Assembly (NCBI GenBank): GCA_039190745.1
Contig: JBCCXZ010000014.1
Span: forward strand, 186-64,185
Direction of reading: 5' to 3'
DNA from: Planctomycetota bacterium
Lineage (GTDB): Bacteria > Planctomycetota > Planctomycetia > Pirellulales > Lacipirellulaceae
DNA length: 64,000 bases
Shown: piece by piece, positions 26,456-37,456 of the stretch
Layout of the letters: each line of letters opens with the position of its first letter
Numbering within the stretch: the first letter of the stretch is position 1
Notes under the pieces: model-generated
What the model was told of the DNA's origin: nothing
Seen by the model: the letters and a program-made list of their open reading frames with translations, nothing else
Databases searched by the model: none
Position numbers and translations under genes: made by a program

Positions 26456-29400
26456 CTAGAGCCCCAAGATTTCACGCAACCGCTCGGGCTGAAGCGGCTT
26501 TACCAGATGGTGATCAAATCCCGCCTCACAGGCCCGCTCGAGGTCGCGTGCTTGTCCGTAGCCGGTGAGCGCGATCAATACCGTTTCGGCCGGCCCGATT
26601 TCCCGTGCACGCCGGGCAACCTCGTAACCGTCCATCTTCGGCAAGCCGATGTCGATGATCGCCGCGTCCGGTCGGTGCTTCTGGATCAGCTCAAGCCCCG
26701 CCGGCCCGTTCTCGGCGGAGTAGACTTCGACGCCCTCCAGTTCCAGCAACTGCCCGAGCATCACCCGGTTGTCTTCCTGATCTTCGATCAGCACGACGCG
26801 TCCAGCTCGCGGCTTAGGGGCTGCGCCATCGCTTGCTACGGGCTTTACGATCTCTTCGGGACTTTCAGTCGATGCCGCGATAGGCAGGCGTACTTCAAAA
26901 ACGCTGCCGCAGCCGGGCCCGTCGCTCTTGGCCGATACTGTGCCGCGGTGGAGCTCGACCAGCTTCTTGACGAGCGTCAGGCCGACGCCCATTCCGCCGG
27001 CGGCCCGGTCTAGTGTTTCGTCGGATTGGACGAACAGATCAAAGATCCGGTCTAGCACCATCGGGTTGATGCCGGAGCCTTGGTCGATCACGCGTATCAC
27101 GGCGTTGTCGCTGAACTGCGACATCTCCAGGATCACTCGTTCGCCGCCCGGCGAATACTTCACCGCATTGGTCAGCAGGTTTGCCTGCACCTGCTGCAGC
27201 CGGGCCGCGTCGCCCTGCACCCACAACGGGGCATCAGGCAGTTGCATGTCGATAGATACCCCGCAGCTCTCGCAGAGCGATTGGACCGACTGCACCGCGT
27301 CCTCCACGGTTTTCCGCAGGTCTAGCATCTCTTTGTCGAGGTTGATTTTGTCCTGCGTGATGCGGGAGACATCTAGCAAGTCGTCGAGTAGGCGCGTCAT
27401 GTGAGACGCCTGCCGGTCGATCGCCTGACGCGCGTTGACTGTCGTGGGGCCTTCGCTCTGATTACCGTTAAGTATCTGGGTTGCGGTCCGGATCGCGCTG
27501 AGCGGGTTCCGCAACTCGTGCGAGAGCATCGCAAGGAACTCGTCTCGGCTACGGATTTCTTCAGACTTTTGCAGTTCCTCGGTCTTTCGTTGGTGGATAT
27601 CGGCCACCGACCCAGTCATCCGCAGCGGGCGGCCCAACTGGTCGCGGTCGGTGATCGCCGTGTGGCGGAACCACCGGTATTCGCCCGAGCTGTGCAGCAT
27701 CCGGTACTCGAAGTTCTGGTGCAGGTCTACGAAGCACTGCTCCTGACTCGGCACGGTTGTCTGCTCGATCATCGCCCGGTCGTCCGGGTGCACGAGGGAA
27801 AGCCACTTGGAGTGGGTGGCGGAAAACTCCTGTTCTTCGTAGCCGAGCAACTGGTAACACTTCGAAGACCACCACATCGCGTCGCGATTCACGTCGGGCC
27901 AGTCCCAGATTCCGTCGCGGTTTGCGGCGATCACACGCTGGAAACGCTCTTTCTCACGGAGCACGTTTTCTTCGGCGGTAACCAGTGACGACACGTCCAC
28001 CAGCGAGAGCACAACTCCGTCAATGATTTCTCCGACCCTGTAGGGCAGCACACGCAAGAAGTAGTGCCGGCCATCGAGGTCGGAGACCTTGGTTTCACGC
28101 GGCTCTCCGTCCTCGAGCACGGCGCAGAGGTCTTCGGTCAAGCTGTCGTATCGGATCCGGTGCGAGAAAGTGCTGATCTTCCGGCCGACATCCTGTTCCA
28201 CGAGGTCGAACACCTCGGCCACTTGCGGGGTGAACTTGCGGATCGCCAGGTCCTGGTCGAGGAACACGATGGCCACATCGGTGCTCCGCAGCAGGTGCTC
28301 CATGTCCTGGTTCAGCTCGGCCAGCTCTTTGATCTTTTTCTGGTACTCCGCGTTGACCGTATACAGTTCTTCGTTGACCGAGTGCAGCTCCTCATTGGTG
28401 CTCTGCAGCTCTTCGTTTGAGGCTACCAGCTCTTCGTTGGTCGCCTGCATCTCCTCGTTGCTGGTTTCGAGCTCTTCGATCGTCGCTTGCAGATTCTCTT
28501 TGGTGTAGTGGAGCTCCTCCTCGAGATGAGAGACCTGCACCCGCGTCATCTCGCTCGCGTTGACCTCGTCCACCGTAACCCTAGCCGGCGGTTCATCGGC
28601 GACGGCAATCTTCTCGAACGTGATGAGGTAATTGGTCTCGCTCGTTTGCGGGTCTTCGATTGGGTCTATGCTCAGCCGGTACGCCCCGCTTCCTGGGCCA
28701 TCGTCCATGCGTACGCCCGCGAAGCTCAACGCCTGCCCGTGCTTGATGACCCGGTTAAGAGCCCCCGCGATCGAGGTCTTCGCGTCGGTGCGGAGCAGGT
28801 CTAGCAGGTCGTGCGACTGACGGCGGCCTTTCAGGCGTAAGAGGTCCTCGGCGCCACCGAACGTCTCTACGAGCTGGCGCTGATGGTTCACCAGCAGGCT
28901 CGGCGGCATGTGCTTGTCGAGTAGCCGGTCGTAGAGCCTCAGCATTGGGGGGTCCGGCAACGCCGCGTGCGGGCGGGGAACCGCCATATGCACCCGCAGA
29001 GCGTCGGGGCTCCGGTTCAGCGGCACTCGCATCTCCGCGGGCAGCCTGACGTCGCGACGCTTTGCGAAGACCTTGCAGTGCTCGTCCATCACGGCGAACT
29101 CGTCGGAGAGCTCGCCCGGCGTTTCGCTGCCGCCTAGCAGCAGCACCCCAGAGACACGCAGCCCGAAGTGGAACATCGCCAACGCACGCGCCTGAGCCTG
29201 CGGCTGGAAGTAGATCAGCAGGTTCCGGCACGTGATAAGGTGCAGGTTCGTGAAGGGCGCGTCTTTGATCACATTGTGTTGCGCGAAGACGACCATCTGC
29301 CGCAGGTCTTGCGACACCTGATAGCCGTCCTGCCGCTGGATGAAGTGCCGTTTCAGACGTTCCGGTGAGATTTGTGCTAAGCGGTTCTCGTCGTATAGGC

Positions 29401-30514
29401 CATGCCCGGCAAACTCGAGCGACGAGCGGTGGACGTCGGTCGCAAAGATCTTGACGCTGTTCGTGCGTCCCATTCGGCTCAGGGCTTCACGGAAAAGGAT
29501 CGCGAGCGAGTACGCCTCCTCGCCGGTGGCGCAAGCCGCCACCCAAACGCGGATTTCTTCATGCTCGCTTGCCTTCGCGATGAGCTCCGGGATAGCGTGC
29601 GTCTCGAGGTACTCGAACGGCTCGCTGTCCCGGAAGAACTGGGTCACGCCGATCAGCAGGTCCTGGTACAGCGCGTTGAGCTCGTCGGGGCTTGAACGCA
29701 ACCGCTCGACATAAGCGTCTAGCGTGTCGTCGTGCATGAGCGACAACCGCCGGTCGATCCTCCGGCTCACGGTGGTCGGCTTGTAGTGCGAGAAGTCGAT
29801 CTGGTGCTCCAAGCGGAGGAGCTCGAACACGGCCTCGACCCCCTTGAGCTTTTCGGGGTCGCCAACGCCCCAGTCCGACCTCGCCTCGCTGGGTGACCGC
29901 CGATACTCGGCCAGCACGCGCGCGATTTCGGAGGCCCCGAGGACGAGGTCCACCACGCCCGTTTCCTGCGCCGAACGGGGCATCCCGTCGAACTTCGCTT
30001 GCTCTGCGTCCTCGCAGAGCACGAGGCCGCCCGCTTCGTGGATATCCAGTATCCCGCGCGAGCCGTCGCTGCCTGTGCCGGAGAGGATGACACCCACAGA
30101 ACGCTCACCCAAGTCTCTCGCTAGAGATCGGAAGAAGATGTCGATCGGCAGCGTGAGGCCCCGCTGGGGGTCTTTGTCTGTCAGCAGGAGCCGCCCTCCG
30201 ACAATGGCCATTTCTTTTCGGGGCGGTAGGAGGTAGATGTGGTTTGGCTCTACCAGCATTCCGTCGCGTGCCGCCTGGATGGGCACACGCGTGTGACGGG
30301 CCAGCAGCTCGTCCATCATGCTCTTGAAATCGGGCGACAGGTGCTGGATGACCACGTAGGCCATGCCGGTGTCTTCGGAGACCTCGGTAAATAACTGCTC
30401 CAAAGATTCCAGACCGCCGGCTGACGCGCCGATCCCGACGACAAAAAAATCATCGGGGGTTCTAGATGAGGAGACTTCCGCGCGGGCCGGAGAGCCGGCT
30501 AGAGGCACATCCAT
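26456..30514 (-). CDS. CheB methylesterase-CheR methyltransferase-coiled coil-PAS-histidine kinase-receiver hybrid sensor protein (1352 aa)
   Basis: [14 protein letters not shown] (CheB); [17 protein letters not shown] (CheR SAM site); [33 protein letters not shown] coiled coil; PAS segments; H-box [16 protein letters not shown]; HATPase (GMGVGLTLV); receiver [10 protein letters not shown]...[13 protein letters not shown]. Confidence 0.92.
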   Translation of the reverse strand: MDVPLAGSPARAEVSSSRTPDDFFVVGIGASAGGLESLEQLFTEVSEDTGMAYVVIQHLSPDFKSMMDELLARHTRVPIQAARDGMLVEPNHIYLLPPRKEMAIVGGRLLLTDKDPQRGLTLPIDIFFRSLARDLGERSVGVILSGTGSDGSRGILDIHEAGGLVLCEDAEQAKFDGMPRSAQETGVVDLVLGASEIARVLAEYRRSPSEARSDWGVGDPEKLKGVEAVFELLRLEHQIDFSHYKPTTVSRRIDRRLSLMHDDTLDAYVERLRSSPDELNALYQDLLIGVTQFFRDSEPFEYLETHAIPELIAKASEHEEIRVWVAACATGEEAYSLAILFREALSRMGRTNSVKIFATDVHRSSLEFAGHGLYDENRLAQISPERLKRHFIQRQDGYQVSQDLRQMVVFAQHNVIKDAPFTNLHLITCRNLLIYFQPQAQARALAMFHFGLRVSGVLLLGGSETPGELSDEFAVMDEHCKVFAKRRDVRLPAEMRVPLNRSPDALRVHMAVPRPHAALPDPPMLRLYDRLLDKHMPPSLLVNHQRQLVETFGGAEDLLRLKGRRQSHDLLDLLRTDAKTSIAGALNRVIKHGQALSFAGVRMDDGPGSGAYRLSIDPIEDPQTSETNYLITFEKIAVADEPPARVTVDEVNASEMTRVQVSHLEEELHYTKENLQATIEELETSNEEMQATNEELVASNEELQSTNEELHSVNEELYTVNAEYQKKIKELAELNQDMEHLLRSTDVAIVFLDQDLAIRKFTPQVAEVFDLVEQDVGRKISTFSHRIRYDSLTEDLCAVLEDGEPRETKVSDLDGRHYFLRVLPYRVGEIIDGVVLSLVDVSSLVTAEENVLREKERFQRVIAANRDGIWDWPDVNRDAMWWSSKCYQLLGYEEQEFSATHSKWLSLVHPDDRAMIEQTTVPSQEQCFVDLHQNFEYRMLHSSGEYRWFRHTAITDRDQLGRPLRMTGSVADIHQRKTEELQKSEEIRSRDEFLAMLSHELRNPLSAIRTATQILNGNQSEGPTTVNARQAIDRQASHMTRLLDDLLDVSRITQDKINLDKEMLDLRKTVEDAVQSVQSLCESCGVSIDMQLPDAPLWVQGDAARLQQVQANLLTNAVKYSPGGERVILEMSQFSDNAVIRVIDQGSGINPMVLDRIFDLFVQSDETLDRAAGGMGVGLTLVKKLVELHRGTVSAKSDGPGCGSVFEVRLPIAASTESPEEIVKPVASDGAAPKPRAGRVVLIEDQEDNRVMLGQLLELEGVEVYSAENGPAGLELIQKHRPDAAIIDIGLPKMDGYEVARRAREIGPAETVLIALTGYGQARDLERACEAGFDHHLVKPLQPERLREILGL

Positions 30515-30903
30515 GAGAATCGACTTGCATTTGTAGGCCTGGGGCGGAGCATCGCACCGCCAGCAGGCGGCGTCGCTCTATTCCCCGAATGCCTATGCTA
30601 TCGCTCGTGGACGCAAAAAACCAATTGGTCTTGCCGAATCGGCGCATAGAAAAACTGGTTCAGCGAAAGCCAGTCGGTAAACCGCACAGCGATGCTGCAT
30701 GTTCTAGGCAGTCCCTAACCGACGCCGCTGGGTTTCTATCGCGTAGCCTCGGTTCAAACTCTGAGGATACAGTGAGCCGTGTAGGGTGCGGTCAACCGAA
30801 ACCGCGAGTTTGGAAGGTCAACCAAAAAAGTCTCGATGCGTAGGACGCCCAGGGATGCTGCCCATCCAAGGCGGTCAGTGGACAACCTGACCCCGACCCT
30901 AAA

Positions 30904-31104
30904 TCAACCGAACGCACTTTCCGCCAGAGCTTCCTTGGTCAGCCCTTCCGGCAGAGAACGCTGAGTACGGATCTGTGCCCGGAGCTGCTGACAGTTTTCG
31001 CGTAGCACCTGCATTTCGGTCACCAGTCTCTCGTGTTGAAGCCTGTGAGCGATGAGGGTCGTTCGGAGTTGTTTGAGTTGCTTCAGGGATATCGCTGTTG
31101 CCAT
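30904..31104 (-). CDS. possible small coiled-coil protein (66 aa), weakly supported
   Basis: ORF only; heptad-like Leu/Gln/Arg pattern, weak RBS. Lies in the 1-kb spacer between the hybrid kinase and the CsrA-REC gene. Confidence 0.25.
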   Translation of the reverse strand: MATAISLKQLKQLRTTLIAHRLQHERLVTEMQVLRENCQQLRAQIRTQRSLPEGLTKEALAESAFG

Positions 31105-31580
31105 CTATGAATCATCCGTGAACCGGGAAAATCAAAAACGCCAGCCGGGGCTGATCAATCCATACACCCCAGGCGGGCAACCGTTGGGGCACTAATCTAT
31201 GTATCGGCTGGCCTATGTCAACTGCGGTGAATCCCCCAGTTGAACGAAGTGATGAGCAACACTTCTCGCCGCTTGGAGGCCGTTGATTTCATCTGCGCAA
31301 GCTAGCATGCCGGGCCGCGTATTCCCGTATTGACACACTCCGGCACAATCGAACACATTTGGTGCGCGACCCTCCGAGCTCACGGAGGCCGGCGGGTCGC
31401 TCCGACGCCATGGAATGGCGCTACGGAGTAACGGCACGGACGGGCCGATACAGAATTAAGACCCGCCGAATTGTGCTTTCGCGTTCTAGCTTCTCGCGTC
31501 GCGCACTCCATCGCCGGTCTGTTCGCACCCAAGCGCCCGGTCGCCAGGCGACCCCCGGGGCTGGTAAGGAGACCCAACCG

Positions 31581-32393
31581 ATGCTCGTCCTGTCCCGAAA
31601 CAAGAACCAAAAGGTTTGCTTTCCTGAACTCGGCATCTCGGTCGAGATCTTGGACGTCAAAGGCTCGAAGGTCCGCGTCGGCGTCGATGCCCCCATGGAG
31701 GTCCGCATCCTCCGCGACGAGCTTCAGAAAGGCGAAACCAGCCAGCCCGCCCCGAAGCCGCACGTTATCCGCCTCCCGCAAACCCTGCGGCACGAGCTCC
31801 GGAACGCCCTGCACGAACTCAGCCTGCGGCTGCACGTCTATCAGAAGCGGGCCGAGATCGACCGCAAGGCAGGTAGCGGCGCCGAGCAAAGGGCTCAGTT
31901 CGAGCCCGACGAGATGTTCGAGGCAATCGTCCGCAGGCTGGAAGGCCTCAGTTCTCATCAGGTCTTCTCAAGCGAAGGACTGCTGGCAGGCATTGGAAAA
32001 GCCCCCGACCAACCCGGCGTTGCCCTGGTAGTGGACGACGACGACAACGAGCGTGAGTTGCTGGCCGGTTTCTTGCGTATGTGCGGCTACAGGGTTGCCG
32101 CCGCGGGGGACGGCGTCGAGGCGATCCAATACCTCGAAGACAACGAGCCCCCTCGGGTCATTCTGCTCGATATGCAGATGCCCCGCTGCGATGGCGAGAG
32201 CTTCCTCCGACAGCTCCGCGAGAACCCACGATTCGATGAGACGAATGTCTTCGTCATCAGCGGTACAACGCCGGAAGAGTCGGGTATGACGCCCGAAGAC
32301 GGTTACACCCAATGGTTCGGGAAGCCGCTCGACCCCCGTCGCGTGGTCGAAGCACTCTCCAAAATCGAGGCCGCCTCCGCTTGTGTTGCCTGA
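31581..32393 (+). CDS. CsrA domain - DHp/H-box-like helical linker - response-regulator receiver fusion protein (270 aa)
   Basis: ATG at 31581 preceded by AAGGAG (31566-31571). N-terminus MLVLSRNKNQKVCF..ISVEILDVKGSKVRVGVDAPMEVRILRDEL aligns block for block with CsrA (MLILTRR...[26 protein letters not shown]). Linker contains RHELRNALHEL. C-terminus LVVDDDDNE...ILLDMQMPRCDG...VISG...GKPL carries all the receiver signature residues. Confidence 0.85.
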   Translation: MLVLSRNKNQKVCFPELGISVEILDVKGSKVRVGVDAPMEVRILRDELQKGETSQPAPKPHVIRLPQTLRHELRNALHELSLRLHVYQKRAEIDRKAGSGAEQRAQFEPDEMFEAIVRRLEGLSSHQVFSSEGLLAGIGKAPDQPGVALVVDDDDNERELLAGFLRMCGYRVAAAGDGVEAIQYLEDNEPPRVILLDMQMPRCDGESFLRQLRENPRFDETNVFVISGTTPEESGMTPEDGYTQWFGKPLDPRRVVEALSKIEAASACVA

Positions 32394-32526
32394 GGATCGC
32401 CCGCATGTGGCGCGTGCTCGGGGGACCGTGGAGAAGGGATTCTCACTAAGCACTGCAGGGAGCAGGGCGAGTTCACCGTACAGATCGGCACGCGCCGAGA
32501 GGGCCTGGGGTGCACCCCAGGCCCTC

Positions 32527-33720
32527 TCACTTTTTCTCCGGTTCAGCCCGCCGGGACTCCGAGATTGAAGCCGCCTCGGCTGCTGCGTTACCCCCGGCCA
32601 TCTCCGTGAGGTAAGTGAGTATTGCGTCCAGCTCTGCTTCTGGCACGTGCTTCATCGACGGCATCCGGCAATCGGCTCGGTAGGAAGAGGGGTTGAGGAT
32701 AAACGCCCGCAGATGATCAGCATTCCAGTAGGTCGTTACGCTCACCGGGGAATTCAGCTCTCCCCCCAAGAGCCCCCCGACTCCGTTGACCGCGTGGCAG
32801 GTCGCGCAGTGCTTTCGGAAGCCATCGAAGCCGGCAACCGCCTCGGGTGCATCGTGCGGGTAGGCCGCTTGGTAGAAGGCCGCGTCTTCCACCAGCCGCA
32901 ACCGCACGACGGCGTACGGCCAAGGCAGCTTGCCTGGGGTACCGGTCCTCGACTTCCAGACCACATAGTAAGGGGCCAGCGAAACCCGGTGTCCAGCTTC
33001 CACCGCGTCGACCCAGAGCCGGCCCGGCTTGGCTTCGGTGTCAGCGACCGCCACCCAGCCATCGGCAGCTAGGGCTTCCGACAGCAGCATCGTGGCTTTG
33101 TAGCCGTCGAGGCACTCGAATGCGATGCGTGTCGAGGTCGTGTCGACAGCTTCGAGATCGAACGCACCGCGCAGTACTTGGTCGAGGGGCACAGCCCGAT
33201 AGACTTTCGTTCGGTGGAACACCCCGTCGCGAGGGATCTCGACCTTCTCTGTCTCCGCCGCCCATTCGCTGGCCCGCGCTACTAAATCGTACGAGGCCAA
33301 CCCGGGGCTGGCTGAGGGCGGGATGACCATAGCGTCGAAAGCCTTTGATGCGATCATCCGGTACGAAGAGTCTCCGCCCATCGCCTCACGGAACCTGCGG
33401 TCAGCGTGTGCGAGCTTCTTTTGCGGAACAGCGTTCCAATCGTCGCGAGAGCGCCACTCGATCACTAGCCGGACTCTGCTTTTATCTTCTGCTGAGACCC
33501 AAACACGCTTCCCTAGAAAGCCTTCTTGCGATGCAAGCATCGCGGTCCAGATGTCCGAATCGTGACGCAGAAAGTCGGTCAATCGATTCGGCTCGACCTC
33601 GAAAGTCAGCTCCTCGATAACCGTATTGGTTTCTGCCGCGGCAAGACCACAGGGGTTCGCGAAGAGCGCACACAGGCCGAGCAAACACGCCCGGGCGACT
33701 GACTTGCTGCATGATGCCAT
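32527..33720 (-). CDS. secreted multidomain protein with C-terminal cytochrome c domain
   Basis: Start at MASCSKSVARACLLGLCALFA (signal); N-terminal ~100-aa ABM/dimeric alpha-beta-barrel-like segment; central domain of unclear family; C-terminal FRKHCATCHAVNGVGG...CRMPSM (CXXCH plus distal Met). Confidence 0.7.
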   Translation of the reverse strand: MASCSKSVARACLLGLCALFANPCGLAAAETNTVIEELTFEVEPNRLTDFLRHDSDIWTAMLASQEGFLGKRVWVSAEDKSRVRLVIEWRSRDDWNAVPQKKLAHADRRFREAMGGDSSYRMIASKAFDAMVIPPSASPGLASYDLVARASEWAAETEKVEIPRDGVFHRTKVYRAVPLDQVLRGAFDLEAVDTTSTRIAFECLDGYKATMLLSEALAADGWVAVADTEAKPGRLWVDAVEAGHRVSLAPYYVVWKSRTGTPGKLPWPYAVVRLRLVEDAAFYQAAYPHDAPEAVAGFDGFRKHCATCHAVNGVGGLLGGELNSPVSVTTYWNADHLRAFILNPSSYRADCRMPSMKHVPEAELDAILTYLTEMAGGNAAAEAASISESRRAEPEKK

Positions 33721-34041
33721 CGAGAACTTCCTCAACACATTTAGGAGCACAAGAGAAGGCCCGAACATCCTGCTAAGGGTAGCCCCGCGCGTCGAATAGG
33801 ACAGCTCAGGAGTCCGAAGTTTCCCTTAAGGTAAACAAGCCATAGGGACGTTTCGGCTTACTTCGCTTGCGGCGCTCCCTGCTTCTCTGCCAACTCGGTC
33901 ACGCACCGGCCTTACGATTGGCAGGGTTCTGACTTGCCGTGGCGTTGCGGCGCTGGGCTGCATATCGGACGATGGGGCTGAGCCCCGCCGAGAAAAGAAC
34001 CCGCACAAGAAGTAGAACGCAGTTCTAGATGATATCAAGCT

Positions 34042-35853
<1,812 letters not shown>

Positions 35854-35961
35854 CATCGCGGGAACTAGCAGAGGCAGCGAGTTTCGTTGAGAACAATAGG
35901 CGCCGGCGATCTCTGAGAGAATGTGGGGATGGTCCACTTGCTGCAAGTTCTTGCGAGTGGG

Positions 35962-35985
35962 ACAGTGGGCGATGAGGGACTCGAA
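35962..35985. repeat. att repeat (distal copy): ACAGTGGGCGATGAGGGACTCGAA
   Basis: Identical to 46204-46227, which is the 3' end of tRNA-Val; flanking bases differ on both sides. Confidence 0.85.
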
Positions 35986-36199
35986 TTCAGGCCGAATTCC
36001 CCGGAGAAAACGCGGGTTCTGCTGAAAGCGCTGCACCAGGCGCTGCACTCTTCACCCGATCGCCCCGGGCTCCGGTAGAATCCGGGCGTTCTAACTCAAG
36101 AGACCAACCAGCCGGGTAGCTCCCGGCGTCGGCTCCCCCGCCTGCGGCCTTTTCCTTTCTAGGCTGCGGCGGGCGGGTCGGGTTGGAGAAGGGAATCTG

Positions 36200-36769
36200 A
36201 TGCTGCCGCCACTCCCGCCGTCGTTCGACGAATGGCTATCAATGGCCAAGGAAGCGCTGGCCGAAAACTGCAGGCAGCACGTGGGCGAGCCACTCCAGCG
36301 TGGCTTGCCTGTCATCGCGCACATTGGAAAGCGGTATGTAGTCCTGGACCTGGGCGATGGTTGGCTACCCTATTGCGTTCCCAAGAACGCCCCCGATCAA
36401 GTCGAGGACGCATTTCAGGCGTTCGGCAGCCTGCGTGTGCTTGAGGGCAACTTTCACAAAGGGCCCGGCGGGCTTACCGACTGGGACGTGAGAGTTTCGT
36501 TCGGGCTGGGGCTACTGATGGGGCGGATGCACTTCGCTAGGCCGCTGGAGGAGTTTGCCGGCACGGGAGAGAAGGTCCGTCGCGGCGGGGCCGAAGGCGG
36601 GAAGATGAACGCCGCGGCAAGCGAAGTCGGGCAACAGGCGATCGCCGATGAGTGCCAGAAGCTAGTCGACGACGGCTACAGCATCCGGGCCGCGACTGGC
36701 GAGATCGCCACGAAGCATTGTGTCTCCCAAAGCACGGTCCGGCGCTACTGGAAAGCCCGATACCAGTAG
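36200..36769 (+). CDS. hypothetical protein with C-terminal HTH-like segment (element gene)
   Basis: 189-aa ORF; C-terminus YSIRAATGEIATKHCVSQSTVRRYWK resembles a resolvase/terminase-small-type HTH. Confidence 0.5.
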   Translation: MLPPLPPSFDEWLSMAKEALAENCRQHVGEPLQRGLPVIAHIGKRYVVLDLGDGWLPYCVPKNAPDQVEDAFQAFGSLRVLEGNFHKGPGGLTDWDVRVSFGLGLLMGRMHFARPLEEFAGTGEKVRRGGAEGGKMNAAASEVGQQAIADECQKLVDDGYSIRAATGEIATKHCVSQSTVRRYWKARYQ

Positions 36770-36884
36770 CGCGTCAGATGGCCTTGTGAAGCGCGCTTCA
36801 AACCTCCTTCTGGAGCGCCCTCTGCTCCTACACTGCCCTCAACGCCGCACGTCGCGGCATCTCTGAACCGCAGAGGGCAAACAG

Positions 36885-37094
36885 ATGGAAGCTACCGAAG
36901 GGCGTTTGCTCGTCCCGATCTCTGACGCCGCGAAGCTGCTTGGCGTGTCTGAACGAACCGTCTTCAGCATGACCCAAGCGGGGGAGCTCCCGTCCGTTCG
37001 GGTCCGCGGCCGGCGGATGTACCGCGTGGCCTCGATTGAGCAGTGGATTTCCGATAACGAGTTGCTCGCCTTGGAAACGGAGGGCAACCAATGA
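36885..37094 (+). CDS. excisionase-family / MerR-type HTH DNA-binding protein
   Basis: LLVPISDAAKLLGVSERTVFSMTQAGELPSVRVRGRRMYRVASIEQWI matches the HTH_17 (excisionase) pattern. Confidence 0.7.
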   Translation: MEATEGRLLVPISDAAKLLGVSERTVFSMTQAGELPSVRVRGRRMYRVASIEQWISDNELLALETEGNQ

Positions 37095-37456
37095 AGGCCC
37101 CCTTCGATTCAGCCGAGATCGACAAACGTCACGCAGGCAAGCTGCTGGAGGAACTAAAGAAGGGCGAAGCCCCTCAGCAGTTCTGTGTTGAGCCGGGCTA
37201 CCCAGTCCAGTGGCTCCAACTGGCGGCGGCCTGTCTTGCTCGGCACGCGATAAACGTAGAGCCGATCGAAGAAGGCAGGCCCTCCATGCCGTCTGACTTT
37301 CAGGATCGGTTGGAGGCTGCGGTCCAAGCGGCAACCATGCTGGCCTCGATGTTTGCCGATTCGCATGAGAAGCAAGAGAACTTCGAATGGGCCTACTCAC
37401 GACTGGAATGGAAACCTGGCCGCGTGGTCGTTGACGGTGAGGAGCTGCCGCTCTGA
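37091..37456 (+). CDS. hypothetical protein (element gene, 121 aa)
   Basis: ATGA overlap with the upstream gene and TGATG overlap with the downstream gene indicate translational coupling; no motif recognised. Confidence 0.5.
   Translation: MKAPFDSAEIDKRHAGKLLEELKKGEAPQQFCVEPGYPVQWLQLAAACLARHAINVEPIEEGRPSMPSDFQDRLEAAVQAATMLASMFADSHEKQENFEWAYSRLEWKPGRVVVDGEELPL

Noticed and set aside
31359-31580. Upstream 74 codons of the CsrA-REC ORF (tracked start 31359).
   Set aside because: The segment is Arg/Ser-rich low-complexity sequence with no RBS. ATG 31581 has a perfect AAGGAG and coincides with the canonical CsrA N-terminus MLxLxR.
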